Shown here piece by piece: positions 24,856-37,483 of a stretch of 64,000 nucleotides of DNA. The stretch spans positions 8,494,001 to 8,558,000 of the forward strand of contig NC_043024.1 in assembly GCF_006345805.1 (NCBI RefSeq), in the 5' to 3' direction. This stretch comes from Octopus sinensis. Lineage: Eukaryota. The notes below the pieces were generated by a model that worked only from the letters and a program-made list of their open reading frames with translations, was not told where the DNA came from and made no database searches. The translations under genes were made by a program, and so were the position numbers. Positions within the stretch are counted from its first letter, which is position 1, and each line of letters starts with the position of its first letter.

Positions 24856-25753
24856 GTAAGATTCGGTTCAGTAGTTTTGTACTCTCTCTCCATCTTTCTC
24901 TTTGATGTCTCTCTCCCTATTGCTTTCTCTCTATCTCTCTTTCTTCTCTCTCTCTCTCCATCTTTTTCTCTGATGTCTCTCTCCTTCTCGCTTCCTCTAT
25001 ATCTCTCTTCCTTCTCTCTCTCTCTCTTTCTGTCACTCATCATCATCATCATTTAGCGTCCACACTCCATGCTGGCATGGGTTGAACAGTTCAACTGGGG
25101 TCTGGGAAGCCAGAAGGCTGCCCCAGGCTCCAGTCTGATCTGGCAGTGTTTCTACTTTTTTTCTTTCATCTTTTATTTGTTTCAGTCTAATGACTGCGAC
25201 CATGCTGGGGCACCACCTTGAAGAACTTTTTAAGTTGAATGAATTGACCCCAGCGCTTTTTTTTAAGCCTTATACTTATATTCCATCAGTCTCTTTTGCT
25301 GAACTGCTAAGTTATGGGGACATAAACACACCAACAATGGTTGTCAAGTACGACACACACACACACACACATACACACGACAGGCTTCTTGCAGTTTCTA
25401 TCTAACAAATCCACCACAAGGTTTTGGTTGGAATCGAACCCAGAACTATGTGGTTGGGATGCAAATTTATTATTATTTAACAAGAATAGTATCTTTCCCC
25501 ATAAATAAGTTTTCACTTAGCAACATATTTTTTACAATAAGAAAAGAAAAAATACATTAAAAGTATAAAAGATCGAATTATTGAGAAGAAAAAGTGGCTG
25601 TGTGGTAAGTAGCTTGCTAACCAACCATATGGTTCCGGGTTCAGTCCCACTGCGTGGCATCTTGGGCAAGTGTCTTCTACTATAGCCTTGGGCTGACCAA
25701 TGCCTTGTGAGTGGATTTGGTAGACGGAAACTGAAAGAAGCCTGTCGTATATA

Positions 25754-26266
25754 TCTATATATATAAAACTGTAGTTGTGTGAGTGTCTGTCCCCTTCGAT
25801 TTAGATTCCTAACTACTCCCACATTTTGCGGTGCAGTTTAACCAAATTCGGGTATCTTATAGTCGTGATTCATATCGAGCCCGTCTGAGTATTAGCGCGC
25901 GTCTACGATGAGTCTACGATTGTAAAAATAATTTAACATAATTTTTTATTCCATTTTAATGCATAATTTTTCGTGTGTCGATGGCGGCGGAGTTGGCGTC
26001 CACGCTCACAGCTACACCTGTTTGCTTCTCCCCCTTCCTTCCTCCCTCGTGAAGCTGTGGGGAAGGGAGTGTAAGGAAATCAACGTCGTAAAGCGTTGTC
26101 AAGGAGACCAGCGTTCTTTTAGAACAACGACTTCATGGCTTGAAGACACCAAAACAGCAATGGCTAAGAAAGCCCGAATTGGCATCTATAAGGGAAGTAA
26201 CTCTCTAAAAATGCTTATATAGTTATTTCCCTTACAAACCCGAGCAACGCCGGGCGATACTGCTAG
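25754..26266 (+). mobile_element. Non-autonomous Helitron (513 bp) nested in a SINE-A microsatellite
   Basis: 5' A|TCTATATATATAAAA; 3' hairpin CCCGAGCAACGCCGGG (26239-54) then CTAG|T (26263-67). A|T insertion, no TSD. Confidence 0.85.
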
Positions 26267-27236
26267 TATATATATATATAATGTGTGTGTATATGTTTGT
26301 GTGTCTGTGTTTGTCCCCCTAGCATTGCTTGACAACCGATGCTGGTGTGTTTATGTCCCCATCACTTAGCGGTTCGGCAAAAGAGACCGATAGAATAAGT
26401 CCCGGGGTCGATTTGCTCGACTAAAGGCGGTGCTCCAGCATGGCCGCAGTCAAAATGACTGAAACAAGTAAAAGAGTAAAAGAGAGAGAGAGAGAGAATA
26501 ACTACCTCACAAGGAAATAAAAAAAGTAGAAGAAAAAATGGAGCAGGGGTGGGAGTGGAATTAAGCATCAAAAGATGAGGAGGCTGTAGCAGGTTGTACA
26601 CCCAACACCAAATGACATGTTCAGCAGCATCTCGTGGACATAATGCAAAGGCGTTGCTACAGAATGGCCGGCAACACTCCCTGCAACAGCCCCCACCTCC
26701 TTGCAGGTCTAATTTCTCAGACAGGTCGTTTTTCTCATAGTCTTTCCTTTAACTGATGTCTCCCTGGGACTGTCTCTACTTCTTTTATACAGACTTCCTG
26801 TTTTTAAAGTGAGCTTAATTAAAACCTTCTGTCAAGATTTGATGTTAATTTATGTTCCAAATACCAGTAAGCTTAGTTGTTCATTTTGCAACCACAAGCA
26901 CCTTAGGCAGAAAGCATCTTCTAGTACAACCCTGAGCTGACCAATGCCTTGTGAATGAATTTAGGTGGTAACTGAAATTGTGCATCATTCTATGTACTGT
27001 GTATGCACTTTTGGCTATCGTTTCTGATGAGTTGTAGTGCACCTGAGAGCACTGTATACAATAAGTTCATTATATAGGTGCAGGAGTGGCTGTGTGGTAA
27101 CTGGCTTGCTTACCAGCCACATGGTTCTGGGTTCATTCCACTGCATGGCACCATGGGCATGTCTTCTACTATAGCCTCGGGTCGACCAAAGCCTTGAGTG
27201 GATTTGGTAGACAGAAACTGAAAGAAGCCTGTCGTA

Positions 27237-27274
<38 letters not shown>

Positions 27275-27573
27275 TGTGTGTGTCAGTGTTTGTCACCCCC
27301 AACATCGCCTGACAACTGATGCTGGTGTGTTTACATCCCTGTAACTTAGCAGTTCGGCAAAAGAGACCGATAGAATAAGTACTGGGCTTACAAAGAATAA
27401 ATCGACCCCAGATGGTCACAAATGGAATGTCTTTAACTATGGAGATGATGAATTTGGAAGGAGAATATCCTGAACGATAGATATTTCCATGCGTTTAGTG
27501 TGAAAATTTTTCAGTTTGCAACATTGTGTTGTATAACCAGACCATTACATATTAAGATATATGGTTGTGTGTG

Positions 27574-27604
<31 letters not shown>

Positions 27605-28024
27605 ATATGTGCTTATGCAGAAGCCTGTTAGCTTGACAGATATGACTCATCGTGTGTCTGATTCATTGGCGCGATGTAATAAATGTACGTTGGACACGCA
27701 TTTCAGAGCTTAAAAGCAGCAGACATTCAGCTGTTTGTCATTCATAATTATTTGATTACCAACTACACACACAGGTAAAATACAGGTAACATGGTGTGTG
27801 TGTGTGTGTATTGGGTATGTGTGTGTGTGTTGGGTGTTACTACAGAATTTATTAAAGTCAAAGGAACAGAAGTAGTAGTAGTAGTAGGTGATAGTAGTAG
27901 TAGTAGTAGTAGTAATAGTAGTAGAGTAATGGTAGTAGTTGTAGTAGTAGTAGTAGTAATATGTGATAGTAGTAGTAGTATTAGTAGTAGTAGTAGTAGT
28001 ATTAGGTGGTAGTAGTAGTAGTAA

Positions 28025-28059
<35 letters not shown>

Positions 28060-30257
28060 AGGATAGTTGAAGTGACAAAATATAAACAATGCATCATGGG
28101 ATTGTTAAGTGTGTGTGTGTGCAAGATTGTTTGCACATATAGGCGCAGGAATGGCTGTGTGGTAAGTAGCTTGCTAACCAACCACATGGTTCCGGGTTCA
28201 GTCCCACTGCTTGACACCTTGGGCAAGTGTTTTCTACTATAGCCTCGGGTCGACCGAAGCCTTGTGAGTGGATTTGGTAGACGGAAACTGAAAGAAGCCT
28301 GTCGTATATATGTATGTGTGCTTGTGTGTCTGTGTTTGTTCCCCTAGCATTGCTTGACAACCGATGCTGGAGAGTTTACGTCCCCGTAACTTAGCGGTTT
28401 GGCAAAAGGGACCAATGGAATAAGTACTAGGCTTACAAAAAAATGAGTCCTGGGGGGTCGATTTGCTCGACTAAAGGCGGTGCTCCAGCATGGCTGCAGT
28501 CAAAATGACTGAAACAAGTAAAAGAGTAAAAGGGAAAAAGAGAGTATATGTGCATGTAAGGTTCCGTCATCTTTTCTGTATGTATGTGCTTGTTTTACTG
28601 TCCAAAAGATGCATGCTTCTTATTTCTTTATTGCCCACAAGGGGCTAAACATAGAGGGGACAAACAAGGACAGACAAAGGGATTAAGTCAATTAGATCGA
28701 TTGCAGTACACAACTGGTACTTATTTAATCGACCCCGAAAGGATGAAAGGCAAAGTCGACCTTGGCGGAATTTGAACTCAGAACGTAACTGCAGACGAAA
28801 TACGGCTACGCATTTCGCCCGGCGTGCTAACGTTTCTGCCAGGTTTGTGTGTGTAAGATTGTCTGTACAGTAATCCCTCGACAATCACGGGTGTTATGAT
28901 CCTAAACTCTCTGTGATGGGTGAAAATCGACTAAGTAGAAACAGTACTCTTTTACTCTTTTGCTTGTTTCAGTCATTTGACTGCAGCCATGCTGGAGCAC
29001 TGCCTTTAGTCGAGCAAATCGACCCCAGGACTTATTCTTTGTAAGCCTACTTCTTATTCTGTTGGTCTCTTTTGCCGAACCGCTAAGTTACGGTGACGTA
29101 AACACAGCAGCATCGGTTGTCAAGCGATGTTGGGGGGACAAACATATACACACACACACATACACACACAGATATATATGTATATATATATATATGTATA
29201 TATATATATACATACACATATATATATATACGACGGGCTTCTTTCAGTTTCCGTCTATCAAATTCACTCGTAAGCCTTTGGTCGGCCCGAGGCTATAGTA
29301 GAAGACACTTGCCCAAGGTACTACGCAGTGGGACTGAACCCGGAATCATGTGGTTGGTAAACAAGCTACTTACCACACAGCCACTCTTATGCCTATAGTA
29401 CTGTACTGTATATTTTTTAAAATTAATTTTATAATTTGTACATATTTATTTTTATTATAAATGCAAAACAACATCAAGGAGGAATTGATGTAAGCTTAAA
29501 TAATAAACCGTGATAAGTGAATCGCGATATGGTGAGAGAATACTGTGTATATAAGTTTGTGTATGTGTGAGTGTAACTATGTGGTTGTGGAGGTTGCTTC
29601 ACAACCTCATGATTTTGAGTTCACTCTGACTGCAGGACACCTTGGGTGTCTGTCTTCTCCTATAGTCCTGGGCCAACCAAAACTGTGTGAGTGGATTTTG
29701 TGCATAGACTAAGGGAAAGAAGTCCTTTCTACATAGACACACACACACACACACATGCTCATACATTTATATTTATATATATATGCATATTGGCTCATCC
29801 CATAAATAATGCGGTTTTTTTCAATAACATGAACTAAAAGTCAGAGGGTGATGGGATGAACTACCTGCATCAACTTGCTATAAAAGCAGGTAGTAATTTT
29901 ACCTTGTACTTATTCTTAGTGCAGGTTTTGAAGAGTGCAGTTCAATTTGTCTCCCACCACTACTTGATAACCGGTGTTGGTGTGTTTATGTTCCCATAAC
30001 TTATTGGTTCAGCCAAAAAGACCAACAGACTAAATACCAGGATTTTAAGAAATAAGTTCTAGCATGGATTCATTTGACTATAATACTTCAAGGTGGTGCT
30101 CCAGCATGGCTGTAGTCTAATGACTGAAACAAGTAAAAGATAAAAGATATATGTGTGTGTGTGTGTGTGTGTGTACATACGCACACATACACAAATAATG
30201 TTGTGAAAACATCCATTCCAACTTAACTCCTACAATTTATTTCTTTTTGTTTTACAG

Positions 30258-30314
30258 CTTTTGAAAACGTTGCCTGTTTTACAGAAACAAATGGACGCCC
30301 TTCTTGATTTTTAT
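30258..30314 (+). CDS. PICALM: PICALM/AP180 exon (57 nt, phase 0-0): LLKTLPVLQKQMDALLDFY
   Basis: TACAG acceptor, GTAAGT donor; conserved LLKTxPxxQxQxDALL motif. Confidence 0.95.
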
Positions 30315-30739
30315 GTAAGTACACAAGAATCCTTTCTTTTTGTCTTGTTGAACTGATTCTAAACGGAGTTTGTGCTAATCCCATTTATTGAATCCTATTT
30401 TAGCATTCCTGTACTTCTTCATGATCTTCTGTTCTTTAACAATGACTTTTAGAACCAGAAGCCAAACCTCACAAGTTGACACATTACTTTGTCATCCGTT
30501 AGGATTACATTGGTTTTCATTTCCTGTCTTTACTGTTGAAAAACAGTCACTCCTTACATGTATTACACATTTCTTACATTGTATTACCCACTTCCTACAT
30601 GCATCACACTCTTCCTACATTACAAACTTCTTACATACATCACACTCTTCCTACAAATATTATACACTTCCTACATACATTACACACATTTTGCATACAT
30701 TACTCACTTTCTACATACATACTTGCTACATAAATCATG

Positions 30740-31510
30740 CACTACACACATCCTACACCTGTCACACACTTCCATCATACATTACACACTTCTTTCATTC
30801 ATTACACACTTCCTTCATACGTTACACACTTCCTTCATACATTACACACTTCCTTCATACATTACACACTTCCTACATACATTACACACTTCCTTCATAC
30901 ATTACACACTTCCTTCATACATTACACACTTCCTTCATACGTTACACACTTCCTTCATACGTTACACATTTCCGACATACATTACACACTTCCTTCATAC
31001 ATTACACACTTCCTACATACATTACACACTTCCTTCATACATTACACACTTCCTTCATATATTACACACTTCCATCATACATTACACACTTCCTTCATAC
31101 GTTACACACTTCCTTCATACGTTACACACTTCCTACATGCATTACACACTTCCTCCATACATTACACACTTCCTACATGCATTACACACTTCCTCCATAC
31201 ATTACACACTTCCTACATGCATTACACACTTCCTCCATACATTACGCACTGCCTCCATACATTACACACTTCCCTCCTACATTACACACTTCCTACATGC
31301 ATTACACACTTCCTCCATACATTACACACTTCCTACATGCATTACACACTTCCTCCATACATTACGCACTGCCTCCATACATTACACACTTCCCTCCTAC
31401 ATTACACACTTCCTACATGCATTACACACTTCCTCCATACATTACACACTTCCTACATACATTACACATTTCCTACATATATTACATATTTTCTACATTA
31501 CGCACTTCCT
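30740..31510 (+). repeat. 20-bp minisatellite (ATTACACACTTCCTTCATAC)n, ~37 units
   Basis: Exact 20-bp phasing. Lines 31201-31320 and 31321-31440 are identical 120-bp blocks. Confidence 0.95.
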
Positions 31511-32187
31511 TAGATGTGTGTTGTATGTAGAAAAAAGCGAGCCTTCATGCTTATATTACAAATCAGTTTGTAGGGCAGTAGACAAAATACCTTGCAGTAT
31601 TTATTCATACTTCTATGGATTCTGAGTTCAAATCCAGCCAGGATATACTTTTCCTTTAAACCTTTCTAGGTTGATGTAATCATTTATACATCTCTCCACA
31701 CACACACACACACCAAAGAATGGGGCTTTGTCTCTCTCACTCCTACATATTGGAAATCATCATCATCATTATTATTATTTAAGCTGGCAGAATCATTAGC
31801 ACACTGGGTAAAATGCTTTATGGTATTTCGTCCATCCTTACGTTCTGAGTTCAAATTCTGCTAAGGTCTACTTTGCCTTTCATCCTTTTGGGGTCGATAA
31901 ATTAAGTACCAATGGAGTATTGGGGTCGATGCGATCGACTTAATCCCTCCCCACAAATTTCAGGCCTTGTGCCTATAGTGGAAAGGATTATTATCATTAG
32001 CATGCTGGGCGAAATGCTTAGCGGTATTCCGCCTGCTGCTATGTTCTGAGTTCAAATTCTGCTGAGGCTGACTTTGCCCTTCATCCTTTCGGGGTCGATA
32101 AATTAAGTACCAGTGAAACACTGGGGTTGATGTAATTGACTAGTCCCCTCCCCCAAAATTTCAGCCCTTGTGCCTATAGCAGAAAGG

Positions 32188-32226
<39 letters not shown>

Positions 32227-32227
<1 letters not shown>

Positions 32228-32642
32228 TATGTTTGACTTTTGCTTTACATTTGCACAAGTTGGCTCCAAGTCTCACCCAGAGACCTCAAGAGACAACAGG
32301 TTGGAAGTTCATGTTGGTGTTATGCCTAGGGTGCCATATATTTGGTTTTGTACTTAGTGTTGTACTAGTGAATGTCTAAAAAATCATACAAAAATTATGT
32401 TTGTTTTAAAACTTGAGATTACATAGAAAGTATTTTGCATAGAATATGAGCAGTTCCCATGAGCACTATCTTTTGAATTTCTGCCATTTTTGGGTTTCCT
32501 GGTATCTGAGTTAGGTAGTAATCAGCCCCTTTTGCTATCATTCCCAGGGCACCTATGACAACAGGTATTGTTTTAGTCTTCAGGTTCCACATTTTGCTGA
32601 TTTGTATTTCCAGATCTTTATATTTGCTCAGTTTTTGGTAGG
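32227..32642 (-). mobile_element. R4/Dong-like (REL-endonuclease) non-LTR retrotransposon 3' end in a (TAA)n tract
   Basis: - strand KYKDLEIQISKMWNLKTKTIPVVIGALG...IQKIVLMGTAHILCKILSM* resembles the REL C-terminus; followed by a 3'UTR; (ATT)n on both sides. Confidence 0.8.
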
Positions 32643-32714
32643 TTATTATTATTATTGTTATCATTATTATTATTGTTGTTGTTGTTATTTTAAATATTTG
32701 TGTCTTCTGTTTAG

Positions 32715-32826
32715 TGCACACCAAATGAATTGACCAATGGAGTTATAAACGCTTGCTTCCTGCTTTTGTTTAAAGATTTGATCCGGTTATTTGCTTGTTA
32801 CAACGATGGCATTATCAATTTATTGG
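32715..32826 (+). CDS. PICALM: PICALM/AP180 exon (112 nt, phase 0-1): [37 protein letters not shown](E)
   Basis: TTTAG acceptor, G|GTGAGT donor; hallmark NELTNGVIN...[20 protein letters not shown] motif. Confidence 0.97.
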
Positions 32827-33309
32827 GTGAGTTTAAATCAATAATTTCCATGAACTTAATCAACAGATAAGATGGTGGATAGACCCTTTTTTTTTTTTCC
32901 TGAGAGATAGGGCCAATGAGATCAAAGGTATTCCATCCATGGCCATCTCCTCTTACATTCATATTTATTATATTATGGACTACTACATTAAGGTGGCAAG
33001 CTGGCAGAATCATTAGCATGCTGGGCAAAACAATTAGTAGCATTTTGTCTGTCCTGAGTTCAAATCCTGCCACGATCCACTTTGCCTTTTTTTCTTTCAG
33101 GGTGGATAAAATAAGTACCAGTTGAGCCCTGGAGTCAATGCAATCAACTTACTCCTCCGCTCCTCCAAATGGCCAAAATTTGAAATCAATAGCAAGGACT
33201 ATATTAAATGATGTTTCCCATCTTTTTTGAGGTGCTAGGTTATGACCCAAACGAGATTTAGATATTTCTCGTTTTCTTTCTATTTCTAATTTTTACTTTC
33301 TATTTGCAG

Positions 33310-33416
33310 AAAAATATTTTGATATGAATAAAAAGCAATGTAAAGAAGCTTTGGATATTTACAAGAAATTCCTTGTTAGAATGGATAAAGTGTCAGAATT
33401 TTTGAAAGTAGCCGAG
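33310..33416 (+). CDS. PICALM: PICALM/AP180 exon (107 nt, phase 1-0): (E)[35 protein letters not shown]
   Basis: TGCAG acceptor, GAG|GTAAGG donor; conserved ANTH C-terminal helices. Confidence 0.97.
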
Positions 33417-33884
33417 GTAAGGCACCATATCTGTGTCATTTAAGAATTTAAGGAGTTCCCTGTTACAATTTTCTTTTAAATTCAATCAGCTGTTTAAAAA
33501 ATCTAAGAAGTATAATTAATAAAAAATTTCTTGATTTAAAAGGGGATTCTCTCTCTTCAGGTAAAGGGTAGTTTATATAAGTTTTCTGTTGAAGGTGTGG
33601 TGATGTTTGGTAGGTAATTATTGACAGTGGATGTATGGATGTGAAGTGAACATGTTCTGTTCAATGTGTAAAAATTAAGGGTAGACACTCCAAGTATGGC
33701 TTTACCCCCTTTAATATTTAAATTGGATAGATCTAGCACAAATATTCTTCATGTTTTGTGTTCAAACTGTCAATTATTATAATATATATATAATAATAAT
33801 AAGGGTAAAATTAATTAATTAATAATTCCACCAAGTAGTGATTCGGTATGTAAAAGACCGTTGTCGGTAAATTTAAACAATATT

Positions 33885-34170
33885 TATTATAATAAGGGTT
33901 AGGCAAAAGAATTTGCTTCACCACACACTGAACTTTAGAAATAGCAGCCAAAAAAAAAAACTAGCTATTTCTTCTACTGTAAGAAACAACTCCCAGACAA
34001 TATATGCTCAAAAACATATCACGTAGGCAGAGAAAGAAAACAACGAAATTCACCCGGCAATAGATTAACTGTGTACGTGTTTCGAAATTAGATAGATATG
34101 AAAAAATATGCTATTTCTAAAGTTCGGTGTGTAGTGAAGCAAATTCTTTTGCCTAACTCTTATTATAATA
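33885..34170. mobile_element. MITE-like element with ~62-bp terminal inverted repeats
   Basis: TATTATAATAAGGGTTAGGCAAAAGAATTTGCTTCAC...TAGAAATAGCA (33885-33947) is mirrored at 34109-34170. Confidence 0.7.
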
Positions 34171-34531
34171 TCATCATCGTTTAACGTCCGTTTTCCATGC
34201 TAGCATGGGTTGGACGGTTCAACTGGGGTCTGGGAAGCCAGAAGGCTGCACCAGCCCCAGTCTGATATGGCAGTGTTTCTACGGCTGGATGCCCTTCCCA
34301 ACGCCAACCACTCCGAGAGTGTAGTGGGTGCTTTTTACGTGCCACCTGCACAGATGCCAGATGAGGCTGGCAAACGGCCATGATTGGATGGTGCTTTTTA
34401 CGTGCCACCGCCACGGGGGCCAGACGAGGCTGGCAATATATATAGCGAGAATTTACAAAAAAAACAAAAGACCAAGACGAGTGTGTAAACAACAAACAGA
34501 TGTATTAGTTTAATGCTCAGGAAGTGAGAAA

Positions 34532-34571
34532 GTCTTTTATGTTTCGAGCCTACGCTCTTCAACAGACAGGA
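34532..34571 (-). ncRNA. Minimal hammerhead-like motif, CUGUUGA core variant (degenerate copy)
   Basis: - strand: CTGTTGA A GAGC gtag GCTC GAAA CAT A AAAGAC. It lies in a repeat also found at 37480-37680. Confidence 0.4.
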
Positions 34572-34992
34572 ATACAGAAATAAACAGGGGGAGAAAATAG
34601 AAAAAGGTATAGTGCTAGTGATCTATCCTGGTGAATGTCAGACTGAGGGGTCACACAGAAGAGCTAAGAAGGAGAGATAATAAAGTAGTGGTGATCCCAA
34701 AATGAAGGTGCACATGCTTGTGTATGTGAGGGCATGCGTGTGGAAGGGGGCTGGTGACATTGATGTGTGCGTATGTATATGTGTAGGTTTGTTTATGATG
34801 GTGTAGGTGCTGGGAAGTGGTCAGTTCTAGTGTGTGCACTGGTGTGGGTGCCGGGAAGTGGTCAGTGCTTATATATATATATATATCTTTGCTTATATAT
34901 GTGTACACACATACATAAGCAAACAATATATAGGATCTAATGCATAAATTTAACTTTTATTAAAATCTGTTTTTTGTGTTCTTTCTCTGCAG

Positions 34993-35034
34993 AATGTTGG
35001 AATTGACAAAGGGGATATCCCAGACTTAGCTAAG
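34993..35034 (+). CDS. PICALM: PICALM/AP180 exon (42 nt, phase 0-0): NVGIDKGDIPDLAK
   Basis: TGCAG acceptor, AAG|GTGAGT donor; conserved VGIDxGDIPDL motif. Confidence 0.97.
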
Positions 35035-35297
35035 GTGAGTTCTAGTTTCTTGCTCTTGTAATTTACGCTTTCTGGCTGCTGCTGCTACTACTACTACTCT
35101 TTCCATCTCTTCACTTCATCTTCCACCACTTTTTCCATATCAAAATACGTGACTGCCCGTGCATGCATTTGTGCATGTGTGCAGGCACATGTGTATGTGG
35201 TTATAAGTAAATATATGTATCTAACAAATGTATATATGTTTATGTATGTGTATATGTCTACATATGTATGTACATGTATGCATGTACGCACTCGCTC

Positions 35298-35998
35298 GTT
35301 GACCGCAGTCCAGACGCAGTTCATCGCAGCCATTTCGAAAGGCGACCACCGCAGGCACGCATAGGGCGCCGGACGAGTCTACAAGCTGCAGCGGGCCCGC
35401 CCATCACTGCTGCCCCTCTCGTCTGCCGTCCTTCGCCGTAGTTGCCGCCCGAAACCGGCCCCACTTCCTTTCGACCTGCACCAGAGCCCGTCCACAGCGG
35501 CCTGGTGTGTGGCAGTCGGATCTCAAACCGTTTATATATACGAGGGACTGTCAAAAATTATACACACTCTTGTTTTTGTAATGTATTTATGCAAAATCAG
35601 GGGATAAAGAAGTTCATCATTTTTCTATAGTCATCATCATCATCAACGGATGCTAAACAATGATGATGATGATGACTATAGAAAAATGATGAACTTCTTT
35701 ATCCCCTGATTTTGTGTAAATACATTACAAAAACAAGAGTGTGTATAATTTTTGACAGTCCCTCGTATATATAAACGGTTTGCGATTCGACTGCCACACA
35801 CCGGGCCGCTGCGGACGGGCTCTGGTGCAGGTCGAAAGGAAGTGGGGCCGGTTTCGGGCGGTGACTACGGCAGACAAGAGGGACATCAGCGATGGGCGGG
35901 CCCGCTGCAGCTTTTAGACTCGTCCGGTGCCCTATGCGTGCCTGTGGTGGTCACCTTTGGAAACGGCTGCGACGAACTGCGTCCGGACTGCGGTCAAC
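35298..35998. repeat. 701-bp fold-back (arms 35298-35645 / 35661-35998)
   Basis: GTTGACCGCAGTCC...GGACTGCGGTCAAC. Arms are ~90% identical with one ~10-bp indel; 15-nt spacer. Confidence 0.9.
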
Positions 35999-36603
35999 CT
36001 CCTTCCTATTCGATGCACTTGGTCCAGTGGTCCACAGACTTGTGTGTTCCCTCCAAGAGGAGGGTTTTCAGTTGGCCGTACAACCATTTATACACTGCTT
36101 CCTTCACATCTTCATCCGCAGGAAATTGATGGCCTTGTAAACCATCTCTGAGCAGTCCAAATATAAGATAGTTGAAAGGGGTGAGATCTGGACTGTAGGC
36201 AGGGTATTCCAGTCCCTCAAAATCCAATTGGTTAATGGTTTCAGCAACTGGGTGGCCATATGTGGACATGCATTATCTTGCAACAACAAAACTTTCTTTG
36301 GCAATAGTCTTTGGCATTTGGTGCGAATCGCCAGCAAAGCGCTGTATCTTACACCGTTGATTGTGCACCACTTTTCTGGAGAAATCGGATCACTGCTCTT
36401 TGTTCTTCTTTGGTGCACATTGCTAATGGATGGGCCATGCTTACACTGTAAAGCCAGAAAGAAAAATGGCATGATCCAGCTCAAACTTTGATCAAGTGAC
36501 CACAACAGTATCAACTATAAGCAGGCATGTGCAAAAAAGGCAGTGTGATAATAATAAAGATATGTTATAGCTAAAGTGTGGATAACTTTTGACTTTGACT
36601 TCC

Positions 36604-36607
<4 letters not shown>
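35541..36607 (-). mobile_element. Internally deleted mariner element (pseudogenised DD34D transposase) interrupted by an inverted duplication
   Basis: TA-flanked TIRs CGAGGGACTGTCAAAAATTATACACACT (35541) and the rc-related AGTGTGGATAACTTTTGAC...CCCTCA (36575-36607). - strand peptides VLLLQDNACPH, YPAYSPDLTPFNY and WTKCIE. Confidence 0.85.
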
Positions 36608-36640
<33 letters not shown>

Positions 36641-36954
36641 CATCATCATCATCGTTTAGCGTCCGCTTTCCATGCTGGCATGGGTTGGACGGTGCAACTG
36701 GGTTCTGGGAAGCCAGAAGGCTGCCCCAGGCCCAGTCTGATCTGGCAATGTTTCTATGGCTGGATGCCCTTCCTAACGCCAACCACTCCGTGAGTGTAGT
36801 GGGTGCTTTTTACGTGCCACCGGCTTGGAAGCCAGTCAAGGCGGCGCTGGCAACGGCCACATTCGAATGGTTCTCTTATGTGCCACCGGCACTGGTATCA
36901 CAGCTACAATTTCCATTGATGTTGATCGATTTTGATTATATATATTTTTCATTT

Positions 36955-37005
<51 letters not shown>

Positions 37006-37114
37006 AGTGTTTGTATACATATGTATATATCTGTGTGTGTGTGGTGTATACACACTCATATATTTATTTATTTATTTATAAATAATATATTTGTTTATGT
37101 TCTGTCTTTCCTAG

Positions 37115-37194
37115 GCACCTTCAAGTCTCCTAGATGCCTTAGAGCAACATTACGCATCTTTAGAAGGCAAGAAAATTCCAGGCTCTTCATCTAA
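37115..37194 (+). CDS. PICALM: PICALM/AP180 exon (80 nt, phase 0-2): APSSLLDALEQHYASLEGKKIPGSSS(K)
   Basis: CCTAG acceptor, AA|GTGAGT donor; hallmark APSSLLDALEQH..SLEGKK motif at the end of the ANTH domain. Confidence 0.97.
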
Positions 37195-37420
37195 GTGAGT
37201 AGATTCGGTCATTTCAATTTTTGTAAACGGTAAAATCGTTGGTTGCAGGTTTCCAACGAGCCTCTCATTGGGGCACTGCATTTCTTAAGGTGAGACTAAC
37301 AATTCGGGCAGCACAAATATCACACAAGAAATTTTCCTTTCAATCACAGGTTTATTCTTTTGCTTTGTTAATGTTTGCTTTTCCCCCTGGTATACATTAC
37401 CAGATGACATACTCACACAG

Positions 37421-37483
<63 letters not shown>

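Noticed and set aside
30388-31625. Long ORFs of 258-380 aa (H/T/L/Y-rich)
   Set aside because: Read-through of a 20-bp G-poor minisatellite that lacks stop codons; they lie in a PICALM intron.
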